64,000 nt of DNA from Heterodontus francisci (GCF_036365525.1 NC_090378.1:73330413-73394412); one strand, 5' to 3'. Positions 49,865 to 63,638 are shown, counted from the first letter of the stretch. Numbers and translations: made by a program. Notes: generated from the sequence alone by a model not told the origin.

Positions 49865-50950
49865 GAGGACTCACAAAAAGCAGAGATAAATGGCATGGTG
49901 AGCTCCTGGTAGGCCACCTACTCCAAGAGGGACCCACCAGTGTAAACAGAATACTGGCAATACCACAGCACTGTCCTGCCAGAGGCAGGAGAAGCGGCAA
50001 GGGATCATCTGAGCTCCAGGACAGCACTGTAGGAGTTCCTCAGGGTAGTGTCCTAGGCCCAACCATCTTCAGCTGCTTCATCATAAGGTCAGAAGTGGGG
50101 ATGTTCGCTGATGATTGCACAATGTTCAGCACCATTCGCAACTCCTCAGATAGTGAAGCAGTCTGTGTAGAAATGCAGCAAGACCTGGACAATATCCGGA
50201 CTTGGGCTGATAAGTGGCAAGTAACATTCGCGCCACACAAGTGCCAGGCAATGACCATCTTCAACAAGAGAGAATCTAACCATCTCCCCTTGACATTCAA
50301 TGGCATTATGATCTCTGAATCCCCTACAATCAACATCCTGGGGGTTACCATTGACCAGAAACTGAACTGGAGTAGCCATATAAATACTGTGGCTACAAGA
50401 GCAGGTCAGAGGCTGGGAATCCTGCGGCGAGTAATTTACTACCTGACTCCCCAAAGCCTGTCCACCATCTACAAGCCACAAGTCAGGAGTGTGATGGAAT
50501 ACTCTCCACTTGCCTGGATGGGTGCAGCTCCAACAACACTCAAGAAGCTCAACACCATCCAGGACAAAGCAGCCCGCTTGATTGGCACCCCATCACAAAC
50601 ATTCACTCCATCCACCACCGACGCACAGTGGCAGCAGTGTGTACCATCTACAAGATGCACTGCAGCAGCGCAGCAAGTCTCCTTAGACAGCACCTTCCAA
50701 ACCCGCGACCTCTACCAACTAGAAGGACAAGGGTAGCAAATGAATGGGAACACCACCACCTGCAAGTTCCCCTTCAAGTTACACATCATCCTGACTTGGA
50801 ACTATATTGCTGTTTCTTCACTGCCGCTGGGTCAAAATCCTGGAACTACCTCTCATGGACTGCAGCGGTTCAGGAAGGCAGCTCACCACCACCTTCTCAA
50901 GGGCAATTAGGGATGGGCAATAAATGCTGGCCTAGCCAGACGTCCAAAAA
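49865..50950 (+). mobile_element. Internally deleted copy of the same LINE family as 14309-16423
   Basis: ORF 50095..50736 nearly identical to 15256..16373 peptides; same 3' tail. Confidence 0.9.
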
Positions 50951-51741
50951 AGGGATGTTAAAGAGGTTGAAGTACCCTGAAGATCAGACTGTATCTCCCA
51001 CTGAAGGTCTCAGCTAAGTATTTAGGGATAGACTAGAAGATAAGGCAGCTGTATTATCCTAAAAGTGGCAGCTTCAGGAGAGTTTTCAGGACTGTATATT
51101 TTAGCAATAAACTTAAAGGATCCCAATATGTCAGAAGTTTTTTTTGAAGTGTACAATGAAGGAGTTTTGCATTCTGTCAGATGAGACATTAAACCAAGGA
51201 TCCATCTGTCTTGGTCAAGGCACAGGATGAATTTCCTGCTCTTCTTCAAATAGTGCCATGGGATTTTTTTTTTTAAATCTACATGAACTACTGAAAGAGA
51301 GACAGGAATTTGGTTTAAGGTCTCCTTCAATGCTGCACTAAGGTGTCAGCCCTTACTGAAATATAGGACTAAAATACAGTCTGGCAGCTAATTTCCAAAG
51401 CCCCGTCTACTTATGAGGTAACTGCCTTCTTACCTTCTAGGCCCTGGTCCTAGCTGAGGCCATTGGTGGGAGATGCACATTGATCTTCAGGGCTCTTTAA
51501 GGAGGTCCTTCACTGGCTCTTCTGTGGCATCCCTGCTGTGGTACCACCGATATTTTGTTCACACTGGTGAGTGCCTCTTGGCAGGAGGCATCCTGCTAGC
51601 ATTTTATTTTTTTTTTAAAAAAGAGTCCCAATCCAGGGAAATGGGTCTGGGTTGGGGTGGATTTGGAGAGACAGGAGGAGAAAGTCCAGCCAATGTTTGG
51701 AGTAGCAGACTGTGACACAGGGGAATGTATGGTCAAATTAG

Positions 51742-52704
51742 TGTTATGACTAAGGTGGGAGGAATGCACTGTGTTTTCTAGTCTCACTTTTCTGCAGGTA
51801 ACAATATATATTTTAAAAATGTTTACCCAGTTACTGATTTGGTCAATCATACATTCTACTCTTTATCCCAGAATAAAATACACCAACCAGGTTTCTTTAA
51901 TCAACAAAATTATCAGTTTATCAAACAAGACTTATCCAGTAAAGAAACAAAGTATTAACACACAGATAGAAATAGGAAAGTTCCCTTTTTAAATTCCTCC
52001 TCCCCAGCCCCCGCCCCCCCACTCCCGCCACAACACACACAATGAGAAAAATACAGAAATTGTCTCTGCAGAGGTGATACAAAAAAATAAAAAAAATTAA
52101 TACTTTGGCCAAATACTTGCTAATTCTTGAAGAAAAAGAGAGAAGATATGGAAGGAAGTCAGTTGTCCCTTTTGGTCTGGCATCCAGATCTACAGAGACG
52201 GGTCACCGGGATCTTTCCTAAAACAATTCTTTCCAGGTGGAATGGAGAATTAATCTGGCAGGTTTTTCCAGCTTCTCAGGAGAGATGCAGCACTGGGGAT
52301 TTTAGCTCTCCCATACTGGAACTTTGCAGTGTATCTTCAAAGAGGTAGAGAAAGAGGTGAGCTGGGTGGTTTTTCCTTGGCAAAATGATCTCCAACTGTC
52401 TTCAAAACAGTTCACTCCCAACTGAACTGATAATGATATCCAAACCGCAAACAAAGTCAAGCTCCTGACCTCCATAAACTTTGACATGTGTCTTCTCTGT
52501 AAACATTTTCCCCAAGTCACTAAGGCTTCTGTTGTTTATTGAGCTTAAAGCACATGATTTCCAGCAAAGGTTGTCTTCAAATATCTCAAGTGTCCTTTCA
52601 CCAAACTTGGTTAGAAATAAAACACATCCGTGGAACCTTTTCAGTTTTAAACACAAGTCCTCAAACAAATACTTAATAAAAAATATAGAAGCACCTTCAT
52701 AACA
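51742..52704 (-). mobile_element. Solo LTR (~960 bp)
   Basis: Perfect 8-bp inverted termini TGTTATGA...TCATAACA; a related element starts at 63639. Confidence 0.75.
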
Positions 52705-53692
52705 CGAGTAATGCAAACTGAAGACATATGTAAGTTTTGAAACATTACAATTCTAAGACAAACTCAAGTTCCAGGTCTGATTCTCCTTTCTCAGCTGAAC
52801 TTGTTGATCTGAACCATAAGAACAGTGGAAGGGCCAGGTGGACTTATAACAGCTGCCTCAGGCCCCCTCACTTAATGTGCTGGAACACTATAATGAGGAA
52901 AACTGTCTCGAAGGCATTAAGAATTTAAGTATAAAAAAAATAATTTGAGTGGTACAATGCTGGTAGTCTCTTATGCAGTGTAGCATTGCCCTCTCAAGGA
53001 ACTGTTTTTGAAGAGCACATGATCAAATTCCACACTGGAGGAACTATCCTCCCCTCCGGAACAACATGACCATTGGAAGTTTTGAACATAACCATCCCAT
53101 AACTCAGCACACTATGATCTGAACCTTCATCAGACATTTGTTTCATACAGTCTCCCTCAGTTTATGGTTCTATTAAGTTGTTTTGCAAGAAGAGATAGAT
53201 CCCTTTTTTAAAGTAAACCATTGTCTCATTAAATATAGCATGGAGTTCCAATGATATATTACTCATAACTTGTGTAAGCAAACAGACACTACATGTGCAC
53301 AATCTCATCACGTATGTGTTGTGTCAGTTTGCCTTGATGGTAGCACTCGAACCTCACATGTAATTGAGGCCTATACTTTACAGCAATATTGAAGGATTGC
53401 CAAAGTTGCCTGTTTTCAGGTGAGATATTAAACTAAAAAAAAAAGGTTTCCCAAGTGTCCAAACCAACATTCATCCCACAACCAATGCCACCAAATATTA
53501 TCTGGGTCATTTATGCATTTGCTGATTGTTGGAAGGCATTTAAGTTGCAGCTTGTTCAAATGAATATTCCAACAGTCCTCATACATACTCAGGTCATTGA
53601 GGAATGAATAAAATACATTTGATTATTTTACTGTGTTTCATTACAGAAAATTTATCTGAATAAACTTGCATTTTCAGGATGTCCCAAACCAT

Positions 53693-54655
53693 TGTTATGG
53701 TCAAGTGAGGAGGAGTCGAAGGCTTCCCTCTTTTCCCTCTCCTTGTTTGACCGCAACAGATTTAATTCTTTTTTTTTAAAGTGGATGTACTGCCAATTCA
53801 GTAGGTGTTTGATTCCTTACTTGATATGATCATAGCAAGAACCAATCGGACAGATTTTCTTGAGTTAACAAAGAAAGAGGTTAACTTTATTGTACCTAAA
53901 CCAAACTAATAAAATAATAAACAACATGCCAACTTTCACTCTCACACACACACTCTGGAGCTTCACACATTTACAAATAGGTTACAGAGTGGGGAAAGGT
54001 AGAGTGGTTGAGCTAGAGTCGATAAAAAAAGGTATACAGTCTCTGGAGTTTGGTGATTCGTCTGGCTTCTAGCTGAATTCAGTGGTCCTGAGGCTTTTAG
54101 TTTGAAGAGGTAGTTGACTGGTTTAGTATGTTTCTTGGAGACAGCAATGCGGACGATTTCCTCCAACGGGGTTTCGGATTGTAGCCGGAGTATGCAAAGG
54201 TGGTCAGTCAAAAAGCAGGATTTGAACGCTTTCAAGCTATAATAGAGAGAGACCCCCACTTAGGGTCTGTTCATGTCAGCGTCCAGTTGTTTCTCCTCTG
54301 CTGCAGAGAAAACACCAGTTTAAAACCAGAGATGGGGAGGGGCTTGTCACATGACAGTCAGTCATTCAAACATAGCAGTTAGCAGTAGTTCTCTGCTTGC
54401 TGAGAGAACAGGTAGTTCCTTTAAACTTCCTGGGTCTTGGTTCTTGCTGGGGACTGAACAGACATTTCATCTCTCTCCTCAGAGTCCTTTGCAATGTAGG
54501 ATACAGTGTAGCAAACTAGGTGATCATCTTAAGCCGAAAGGATGACTTTGCTAAAAGCTTGTCTTATAAAAATGTTTTTTAAAACAATATAAATTCAGAT
54601 CTCCAATCAGTGGATTAAAGAAAATGAACATTCAACAAAACACATTGGCGTAACA
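53693..54655 (-). mobile_element. Solo LTR, copy 1
   Basis: TGTTA...TAACA termini; reverse complement of 56190-57237. Confidence 0.85.
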
Positions 54656-54729
54656 TCATGGATGAATTATTCTGAACTTATTCACTATTCTTATGTAGAT
54701 AAACATGGTAGCACATGTGCATGAGAGTA

Positions 54730-57700
54730 GACCCCAGACGGCCCCACACTCCCCTGATGCCTCCCCTCCAGGTGCTTCTGCAGGCTGCCAGGGAGAGGAG
54801 AACATTATTCCCGAAGGATGGGAGGAGACCTAGCAGCCTAATCAAACAGGCTTGGCTTTAGATAGCAGAGGACGTCAGCAGCTGTGGGGCAACATCACAG
54901 ACAATGCTGCAAGGCGCTCAATGACCTCATCCAGGCTCCGAAAGTGAGTAACTCTTCATGATTCATAGAAAGTTTAAAGCACAGAGAGAAGCCACTTGGC
55001 CCATCGTGTCTGTGCCTTCATCCTCTTGGGCCTTGCATCTGGCAAAAGGAGGAAGATGCATTCTGAGGAGAGCGATTAACCCCCAGATGTGGGCAAAGGA
55101 TCAGGGTATGCATGCAAACTGCCTGTGGCATGGCAAAGTGACCCTGAAAGGAAGCCCCTTGTCATAGTAGAACCTTATGAGGTCCCTGGAAAGGAGCCGC
55201 ATGCAGGAGGCATCTGTGTGCCCCCGTCAGTGTCAGCTGGACAATCAGCAGCTTATGTGTTGGGATCGTTCTCACTGGGTGACAAACAGCTTCTTTCTGT
55301 TTGTCTGCAGGAGACGATTGCACGCAATTGGAGTGGTCCAAGACCGGTGATGGGCTGCCCATCCTCAGTGTACTAACCCCGATGGAGGAGGAGGCCACGG
55401 AGCTGGCTGGACCACAGGATGGCTGAAGCATCGCTGAGTCAGAGGCATCTTCAAGACAGTGTGTAAGGTCACCATGGGGCACAATGGCTCCAGTGATGGA
55501 GCCATGCTAATTATCAGGCATCTGGTGCCCACAGAGGTCTGCAATGTAGGGGTGCGTGCTATGTCGGGAGGGTGTCTGTTCTCTCATGCAGGTCAAGCAG
55601 TACCTACTCAGACTACGGGGGAGCAGGACGGAGCCTCAGAGGGTCCATTGTCACCTCATACTCCTGTACCCTCCACCAGTACAGATAGTTGCACCTCGGT
55701 GGGTTTGTGCTCGTGGTTAGATCTGGACACACAACCTGGTGAGCACAGACTTGATGTGCCTGGGCAGGTGACGGAGGCTGCGATAGCCCAGGCTCATGCT
55801 GTGCATCTGGTGTTGCAGCATCATGGGAAATGCTATAGCGAGTGGTCCGGCAATATCTGGCAGAGATGCCAGAGGCTATGCTTGCCTAAGCGTGGATAAT
55901 GGAGGAGTCCATCCAGGCCTTAAGTGCTGCACTCCTTCATCCCTGCCAACTGTTTCTGTGCTGGAGGCCCTCAGCATGCCGGGGCCCTCTAGGCCCAAAG
56001 TATCCAAAGGATGACTACTAAGATCATCCCTAGCCAAGGGGCAGCAAGGTGTGCAGCATGCCTCTACTTCAGCTGACTGCAGTGGGAGCACCTCATAAGA
56101 GTTCATGTAACAGAATAAAGAAGTACACATAGAATTACAGGTGATTGTGTGTTTTAGATGCACAAGTTAGGGTCTGTTGTAAATATGACTGTTACGCCAA
56201 TGTGTTTTGTTGAATGATAATTTTCTTTAATCCACTGATTGGAGATCTGAACTTGTATATTTTATAAAAAAGACATTTTTTTAAAAAGACCAGCTAAAAG
56301 GATGATTTTGCTGGCAGCTTTATTTAGATACCTAATTTACAACACTGTATCTTACACTGCAATACTTGTGTGGAGGGAGACTAAATGTCTGCTAATTCCC
56401 CAGCAAGAACCAAGACCCAGGAAGTTTAAAGGAACTGCTTGTTCTTTTTTGAAAAAGAGAAATGCTGCTAACTTTTCGGTGGCTTCTCAGCGCAGGCTTG
56501 GAGGGCCGAATGGCCTGTTCCTGTGCTGTACTGTTCTTTGTTCTAACTGCTATGTTTTGAATCAGACTGACTTTCATGTGACAAGCCCCTCCCCATCTGT
56601 GGTTTAAAGCTGGTGTTTTCTCTACTGCAGAGAAGCAACTGGACTCTGACATGAGCAGACCCTAAGTGGTAGTCCCTCTCTCTCTCTCCATTCCAGCTTG
56701 AAAGCTTTCAAATTCTGCTTGTTGACTGATCACCTTTGCATACTCTGGCTACAATCAGAAACCCCATTGGAGGAAATCATCTGCATCGCTATCTCCAAGA
56801 GACTCACACAACCAGTCAACTACCTCTTCAAACTAAAAAAAAGCCTAAGGGCCACTGAATTCAGCTCGAAGCCCGCTGAATCACCAAACTCCACAGACTG
56901 TATACCTTTTTTATGGACTCTAACTCAACCAATCTACTTTTCCCCACTCTGTAACCTATTTGTGTGTGTATGTAAACCTCCAGATTGTTTGTGAGAGTAA
57001 AAGTTGGCGCATTGTTTATTATTTTATTAATTTGGTTTGGGTACAATAAAGTTAACCTCTTTCTTTGTTAACTCAAGAAAACCTGTCCGATTGGTTCTTG
57101 TCATGATCATAGCAAGCAAGTAATCAAACACCTACTGAATTGGCCAGTACATCCACTTTAAGAATTAAACCTGTTGTGGTCAAACAAGGAGAGGGAAAAG
57201 AGGGAAGCCTTCGACCCCTCCTCATCTGACCGTAACAGTGACTAAATAGTTTCTGAAAAGTATAGATGACCTCCCTCCTTTTCCATCAGGCCTTTGGCCC
57301 TTCACAGCAACCCAGCCTCTGTGAAAAGGCTGGGGGTGATACAACATGCTGCAAGGGGTCAACTCTGGAGCCTGGCCAGCTCTGTGCTGCGTGAATGTTC
57401 AATTCAATAAGCCTGTGCATCCTGAAGGAAGGAAAGCAACATGGCTGCATAAAAAGGTATGTCTTTATTGGTCAAGTCACCACTGGCCTTAAGGCTCAAA
57501 GGAAACGTGAATGGATAAGGGCATTTCGAGCCTCCCTTGCAAGTATATCAAGGCCACTGTCCTGTTGTCCCTGGGGTCCTTCATCTGGCCTGGCTTGTCC
57601 ATTTTCCTGCTCCGCATAAGGAGGATATGAGGAGGCAGTCCACTTTGCACTTTCCTCATGCTCTCATTGGCTCCCCCCTCTGCAGTGGGAGGTTGTATAG

Positions 57701-59181
57701 TGCACAACAGCCCACCACGATACGCGAGACCCTGGCCGGGACATAGAAGGGCTCTACTGGACCAATCGAAGCACCTGTATCTCATCTTGAGCAAACCAAT
57801 GTCCTGCTCTATGCTGCTCACGTTGTCCCATGGCAGGCGTTGTAACTCTCCTCTGCATCTGTGTGTGGGTTCCTCAGAGGCATCAGTAGCCATGTCCTCA
57901 GTGGGTAGCCCTCATCTCCAAGGATTGATCCCTGAAGCTGTGCGGGTGGCCAGAAAAGCTCTGGCACCAGGGACTGCCTTAAAACGTAGGCATCATGGAA
58001 ACCCTGGGAAATGTGCACAGACCTGCAGGATCCATCTACAGTGGTCACAAACAAGTTGTACATTGAGGAAGTTGAAGCCCTTCCTGTTGATGAAGGCCAC
58101 TGGCTGGTGTGCAGGAGCCTTGTTGGCCACGTGTGTGCAGTTAATGACACCTTGCACTTGGGGGAATCTAGCGATGGCTCCGAACCTGATGGCCCTCTCA
58201 GCTTGAGAGCTGGGATCTGTGCTGAAGTACAGAGTCGCCAGCCCACCTGAAACGGCATTGGTGACCTCCTTAATGCACTGATGTGTGCTATCTCAGTCAG
58301 TGGACCATGTCCCCAGTGGATCCCTAGAATGATCCAGAAGTGTAGAAGTTCAGTGCCACTGGCATTGGATTTCCACCAAGTACGCTGGGGCACAGCTTGT
58401 CCTATATCATAGAGCACAGGTCAATGATGGCCTCCCTGGAGAGGTGGAGTCTTCATGGTACACAGGTAGTTGAGCCTCAACCAATGGACCTTCTCTGTAG
58501 GGTACCTACTACTCTCTTTCCCCTCTGAACCTTTTTCCACCTGGAGGTTGCTGCTGACCCACCTGTGTGTTCATAGGCTGTTGTGGTGCCACTGTAGATG
58601 CCTGTCCCTCCCTCGCGCTCTGTTGCGCCTCTTCAACGGAGTGCCTGAAGCCTGGATGAATGAGGCCCACAATAGGTGGCCTCTCCCCAAATGCTAGTCC
58701 TTCACTGCCAGCAGCAACGTGCCCGCATCCTCCCAGCGCCCACCCCCCCCCACGCCCCCACTTGTGAGCTTTGCCAAAGTGGCACCTGCCTGTTGCACCC
58801 CTTCCAACGCACCCCCCTCACTGCTGTTCAGACACCATTTCCCTCACTCATCACACAATGCATGATGTCCTCTCTTCACCACCTTGCCAGGCAGTTGATA
58901 GTTGCCCTCCCAATGGCCTCCCCTGGCAGCCAGCCTTGCTCTCCTGCCTCCATGAAGGAAGAGAGCCATTTATAAATTTCAATCCCAACCATAAAAATTG
59001 CTTTCAATTGGCCTCTTGACTATCTTAATTACCTGTTAGCCACTTCACATCGGAACTCCGCCCTCCACAAAATCGGGATGGGATATCAAGACATCGGACT
59101 TCCTGTTCGACATGTCCCATCCCAATTTTTATGTCCCCATGCCTCTGTTCCCATCTCCTGGGTGCACTTACAATTTGGCCC
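54730..59181. mobile_element. Decayed PIF/Harbinger element (Myb/SANT gene +, DDE transposase -), interrupted by an LTR
   Basis: 54760-54950 QVLLQAARER..KQAWL*IAEDVS..KALNDL then gtgagt; 57490-58500 [45 protein letters not shown]; right end caatttggccc. Confidence 0.85.
56190..57237 (+). mobile_element. Solo LTR, copy 2, containing a 69-bp CR1 tail (56474-56542, TSD ctaact)
   Basis: TGTTAC...GTAACA termini, flanks atgac/gtgac, AATAAA at 57045. Confidence 0.85.
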
Positions 59182-59830
59182 TTTGCCATTCCCAACTCTT
59201 CTAAATGGTGCCACAGGATCTTCTACATCCATCTGAACAAGCAGATACTTTCATGGTTTAAGATCTCCTCTGAAATGCAGCATCCATCAGTAATGCAACA
59301 TTTCCTCAGTCCAGATTATGTGCTCAGTCCCTGCAATAGAACATGAACCTACATCTTCAACAGAGGCCAGAGAACTACCACTAAACCAAGTTTGCATTTT
59401 ATGAATAAAGTGAATCCCTTTCATTCTCCACTCTGGACAAATTAATTAAAAATATTTTCTACTTAGAAATACCCAGTGAAAGAATTAAACAAAGTGTTAC
59501 TATGAATTGATGGTGATGCAGATTCAGCTGGTCTCATGCTTTTCCTATGCAAAATAAACAAAGCTGTTTTACTGTACTAAAAATAATATACCAGACCTAG
59601 TTTGTGTTGTAAATGTTGTTGAATCAGATTACACACTTTCAGGAGATAACTGGGTGAATTCAGTAGTCAAAAATAAAAAGTAGAATTAAATAACAGTGTT
59701 CGAGCTCAGTCTGTGCATCTCTTGGTATTAAATCTGTGTTCACTTGCACTGGTGGTGCCAAAGTGAGAAAACTGAAAGGCACACAGTCTCAATGAGATGG
59801 AGTACTTGATATAAAGGAATTCACTCCTAC

Positions 59831-59884
59831 CTGCATTTCCTGTTGGGTCCGCAACTTCTCTCTACCCAGTTCGTCTTGCAAATC
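59831..59884 (-). CDS. PDE4DIP: Probable upstream exon of the long PDE4DIP isoform (DLQDELGREKLRTQQEMQ)
   Basis: Strong ttctctctgttgtcag| acceptor, CAG|GTAGGA donor, 54 nt phase 0-0, coiled-coil composition, non-repetitive context; can splice in frame to 35268. Confidence 0.7.
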
Positions 59885-60164
59885 CTGACAACAGAGAGAA
59901 CCAACTGTTTACTATAGGGCATGGCCTACCATTGTTCAGCAACTCAGTAATTCTCCAAAAAGTCTTTACTTTGCACTTGGCCCAGGAATATAGTCAATAG
60001 AATTTCAGCCTCTAACTCATACACACTAACAGTGCAGTGGCTCACCTCCTACTTGGTTCTCCCTCTGTCAGTGGCATTCTCAAATGAACAGTGCATCCTC
60101 CAGTGTTCCAATGGAGGAGAACCAATTTGCATTGATCGGAAGAAATATGTTCCCAGAAAGAAAA

Positions 60165-61190
60165 TGGGTGGAACTCCAAAATCTAGACCCCCATTGGCTG
60201 TCAAAGTGCATAAAGTAAGATAAGGCATTAAAGGGAAGCTATATCAGCTACTGAGAGCTCAATACTGTCGGAAGCCTAGAGGACTATAGAAAGTGCAGGG
60301 GTGAAAGTGAAAAAGCAAATTAGGGAAGCAAAGAGAGCACATGAAAAAATATTGGCATGTAAAAAAAGGAAAACTCATTTTTTATAAAATACATAAAGAG
60401 CAAGAGAATAAGGATAGAGTAGGGCTGATAAAAGACCAAAAAGGTAACTTAAGGCATAGTCCTTAATGACTATTTTGAGTCTGTCTTCACCAAAGAGGGG
60501 ACAATGCAAACATTGTAGTTAAGAAGAGGAGTGTGAAATACTGGATGGTATAAATATAGAGAGAGCAAATACGAAGGGGCTTAGCATCTTTGAAAGTGGA
60601 TAAATAGCCAGGAAATGTATCCCAGGCTGCTAAGGGAAGCAAGGGAAGAAACAATGGAGACTCTGACCATCATTTTCCAATCCTCTCTGGCTATAGGAAT
60701 TGTGCCAGAGGACTGCTAATGTTGTACCATAGTTTAAAAAGGAAGGAATGGATAGACTGAGTAATTACAGGCCAGTCAGCCTCTTTAGTGGGCAAATTAT
60801 TGGGGGAAAAAATCTGGATATAGTACTAATAGTCATTTGGAAAGGCAAAGATCAATCAAGTCAGCATGGATTTGTTCAGGGAAGGTTGTGCCTGATTAAC
60901 CTGATTACATTTTTTTGAGAAGATAACAAGGAGGATCAATGAGGGAATGCATTTGAAGTAGACTACATGAATTTTAGCAAGGCTACTGACAAGGTCCCAC
61001 ATGGCAGATTGGTCAGAAAAAATAAGAGCCCATGGATTCAAGGTTAAGCAGCAAGTTGGATCCAAAATTGGCTCAGTGGCAGGAAGCAAAGGGTAAAAAG
61101 GCGTATTTTTGTGATTGCAAGGCTGTTTCTAGTGGGGTTCTGCAGGCTCAGTACTGGATCACATCCTTTTTGTGGTATATATCAATGACT
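60165..61190 (+). mobile_element. Decayed CR1 ORF2 (RT); resumes at 63268-63638 after a nested insertion
   Basis: NYRPVSL, QHGFVQGRLCL.NL..FFE, DYMNFSKA.DKVPHGRL; continuation ..DLDLNV..FSDDTK after 63268. Confidence 0.85.
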
Positions 61191-61214
61191 ATAGATGATT
61201 ATCAATGGTATGAA

Positions 61215-63268
61215 TCAATCTAGTCTCCAGTTTAAATAATCTGAAAGCAAGCTTTAAGTCATGGCAGGACAGCTTGGCTCTGTGGAATGCCCATCGTGTG
61301 ACATGTGGGGAGTCATTGACACTTCATGTGGCCTAGACAATCACATGTGCAGGAAGTGTCTCCAGCTACAAAAACTTGAGCTCCACGTTTTTGAACTCGA
61401 ACAGAGGTTTGAGTCACTGTGGTGCATCTGTGAAGCTGAAAATTATGTGGATAGCACGTTTAACAAAGTGGTCACACCGCAGAGGGAGAGAATGGGTGAC
61501 CACTAAGCCATCTAGAAAGACCAGGCAGATCGTGCAGGAGTCATCTGAGTCTATCTCACACACTAACCAGTTTTCCGTTTTGGATACTGGTTAGGGTGAT
61601 GGTTCGTCAGAGGACTGTAGCAAAAACCAAGTTTGTGGCACCACAAGTGGCTCAGCTGCAAGGTGGGGGGGGGGGGGGTGAAGAAGAGTGGAAGAGCAGT
61701 AATGGTAGGTGATTCGATAGGGGAACAGACAAGCGTTTCTGTGGCCATAGACATGACTCCAGGATGATTTGTTGCCTTCATGGTGCCAGAGACAAGGATG
61801 TCACAGAACAGCTGCAGGACATTCTTTTGGGGGAGGGTGAACAGCCAGAAGTCATGGTCCACATTGGTACTAATGACATAAGTAGAAAGAGGGATGAGGT
61901 TCTGAAAGCAGAATTTAGGGAGTTAGGAAGGAGACTGAAAAGCAGAACATTTAAGGCAGTAATTTCAGGATTATTCCCAGTACCACAAGCACATGAACAC
62001 GTGGCTGGAAAAATGGTGTAGGAGGGAGAGCTTTAGATTCCTGGGGCATTGGGACCGGTTCTGCGGCAGGTGGGACCTGTACAAGATGGACTAGTTACAA
62101 CTTAACAGGACTGGGATCAATATCCTCACGGGGAGATTTGCTAGTGTTGTTGGGGAAGGTTTAAACTAGCTTGTCGGGGTAGGGAACCTGAAAGGGAATT
62201 CAGATAGGAGAGAAACAAAGCTGGTTATGGGAAGTAGAAGAGCTGTGAATAAAAGTGGAAAGCAGCAGAAACAAATGCTAGAACCAATCAGGGTCAAAAT
62301 ATAGAATATTGTTAGAAAGGCAGAATTAAAGGTACGCTATCTGAATGCACGCAACAAGGTAGGTGAGTTGATGGCGCAAATAGAAGTAAATAGATATGAT
62401 TTAATTGCCATTACAGAGACGTGGCTGCAGGGTGATCAAGACTGGGAACTGAATATTAAAGGATATACGACATTTAGGAAGTACAGGCAAAAAGGAAAAG
62501 GAGGTGGGGTAGTGCTGATAATAAGGGATGGGATCACATACGTCAACTTGTGGGAATCCAGTCATCACCCCAAATCTGATGGCTCTCTCAGCCTGACTGT
62601 CAAGGTCAGTCCTGTAGTGCATATTATCACCAGCCCTCTTGAACAGGGCGTCGGTCTCCTCCTTGATGCAATGGCCTGGGAGACCCAACATATGTCCCTG
62701 GCAGGTCCCTGGAAAGATCCCAATGCGTAGAGGTTGAGCACCACAGTTATCTTTAGGGCCACAGGCATAGGTTGCCATAAACTCCTATTGGTTGCAAATC
62801 ATCCTGCAGAAGGCCTGTGACGACCTCCCTGGAGAGCCGTACTCTTCGCTGAGTGTTGCTCGATAATCTGGAGGGAGGTGATGTGAGTCTTGTGGACTCT
62901 CTGGCGTAACCAGACCCTTCTTGGCCTTGCCGGCTGCTGATGTTCATGTCTTCGAGCCTTAGGCTGTGGGGTCAGAACCAGGGGACACAATCTCAGAATA
63001 AATGGCAAGCCATTTAAGACTGAGATGAGGAGGAACTTCTTCACTCAGAGGGTGGTGAATCTTTGGAATTCTCTGCCCCAGAGGGTGGTGGAAGCTCAGT
63101 CATTGAGTAAGTTCAAGACAGAGATTGATAGAGTTCTAATTGCTAATAACATTAAGGGATATGTGGATATTGCGGGAATATGGCATTGAGGTAGATGATC
63201 AGCCAAGATTTAGAATGGCACAGCAAGCTCGAAGGGTTGAATGGCCTACTCCTCCTCCTATGTTCCTA
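61215..63268 (+). mobile_element. Nested CR1 with ORF1 (zinc-finger/zipper + SGNH esterase), start of endonuclease and 3' end; middle replaced by Harbinger sequence
   Basis: CPSC..CRKC; VGDS, VHIGTND; DLIAITETWL..GKGGGV; CR1 tail 62961-63268. Confidence 0.88.
62540..62960 (-). mobile_element. PIF/Harbinger transposase N-terminal fragment
   Basis: RRVRLSREVVT, PVALKITVVLNLYALGSFQ, CIKEETDALF, FGVMTGFPQV (HARBI1-like). Confidence 0.8.
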
Positions 63269-63638
63269 TGATTTAGACTTAAATGTAGGGCATGATTAAG
63301 AAGTTTTCAGATGATACAAAAATTGGTCGTGTGGTTTACAGTGAGGAAGATAGCTGTTGTCTGCAGGAAATTAGTGGCAAATGGTATTCAATCCAGAGAA
63401 GTGAGGGTTAATGCATTTGTGGAGGGCAAACAAGGCTCGGAAATAAAGAGTAGGATACTGAAAAGTGTAGAGGAACAGATGGACCTTGGAGTGCATGTTC
63501 ACAGATACCTGAAGGTAGCAGGACAGAGATAAGATGGTTAAGAAGGTATACGGGGTACTTTTTTTGATTAGCCGAGGCATAGAATGTAAGAGCAGGGAGG
63601 TTATGCTAGAACATTATAAATTACTAGTTAGGCCATAG

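Noticed and set aside
53693-57237. A single element with 1-kb terminal inverted repeats, or an intact provirus
   Set aside because: The copies are inverted, each has TG..CA LTR ends and its own flanks, and the interior is SINE and Harbinger debris continuous with sequence beyond the second LTR.
57489-58417. Domesticated HARBI1 gene
   Set aside because: The transposase is split across frames and sits in a decayed element with a terminal repeat.
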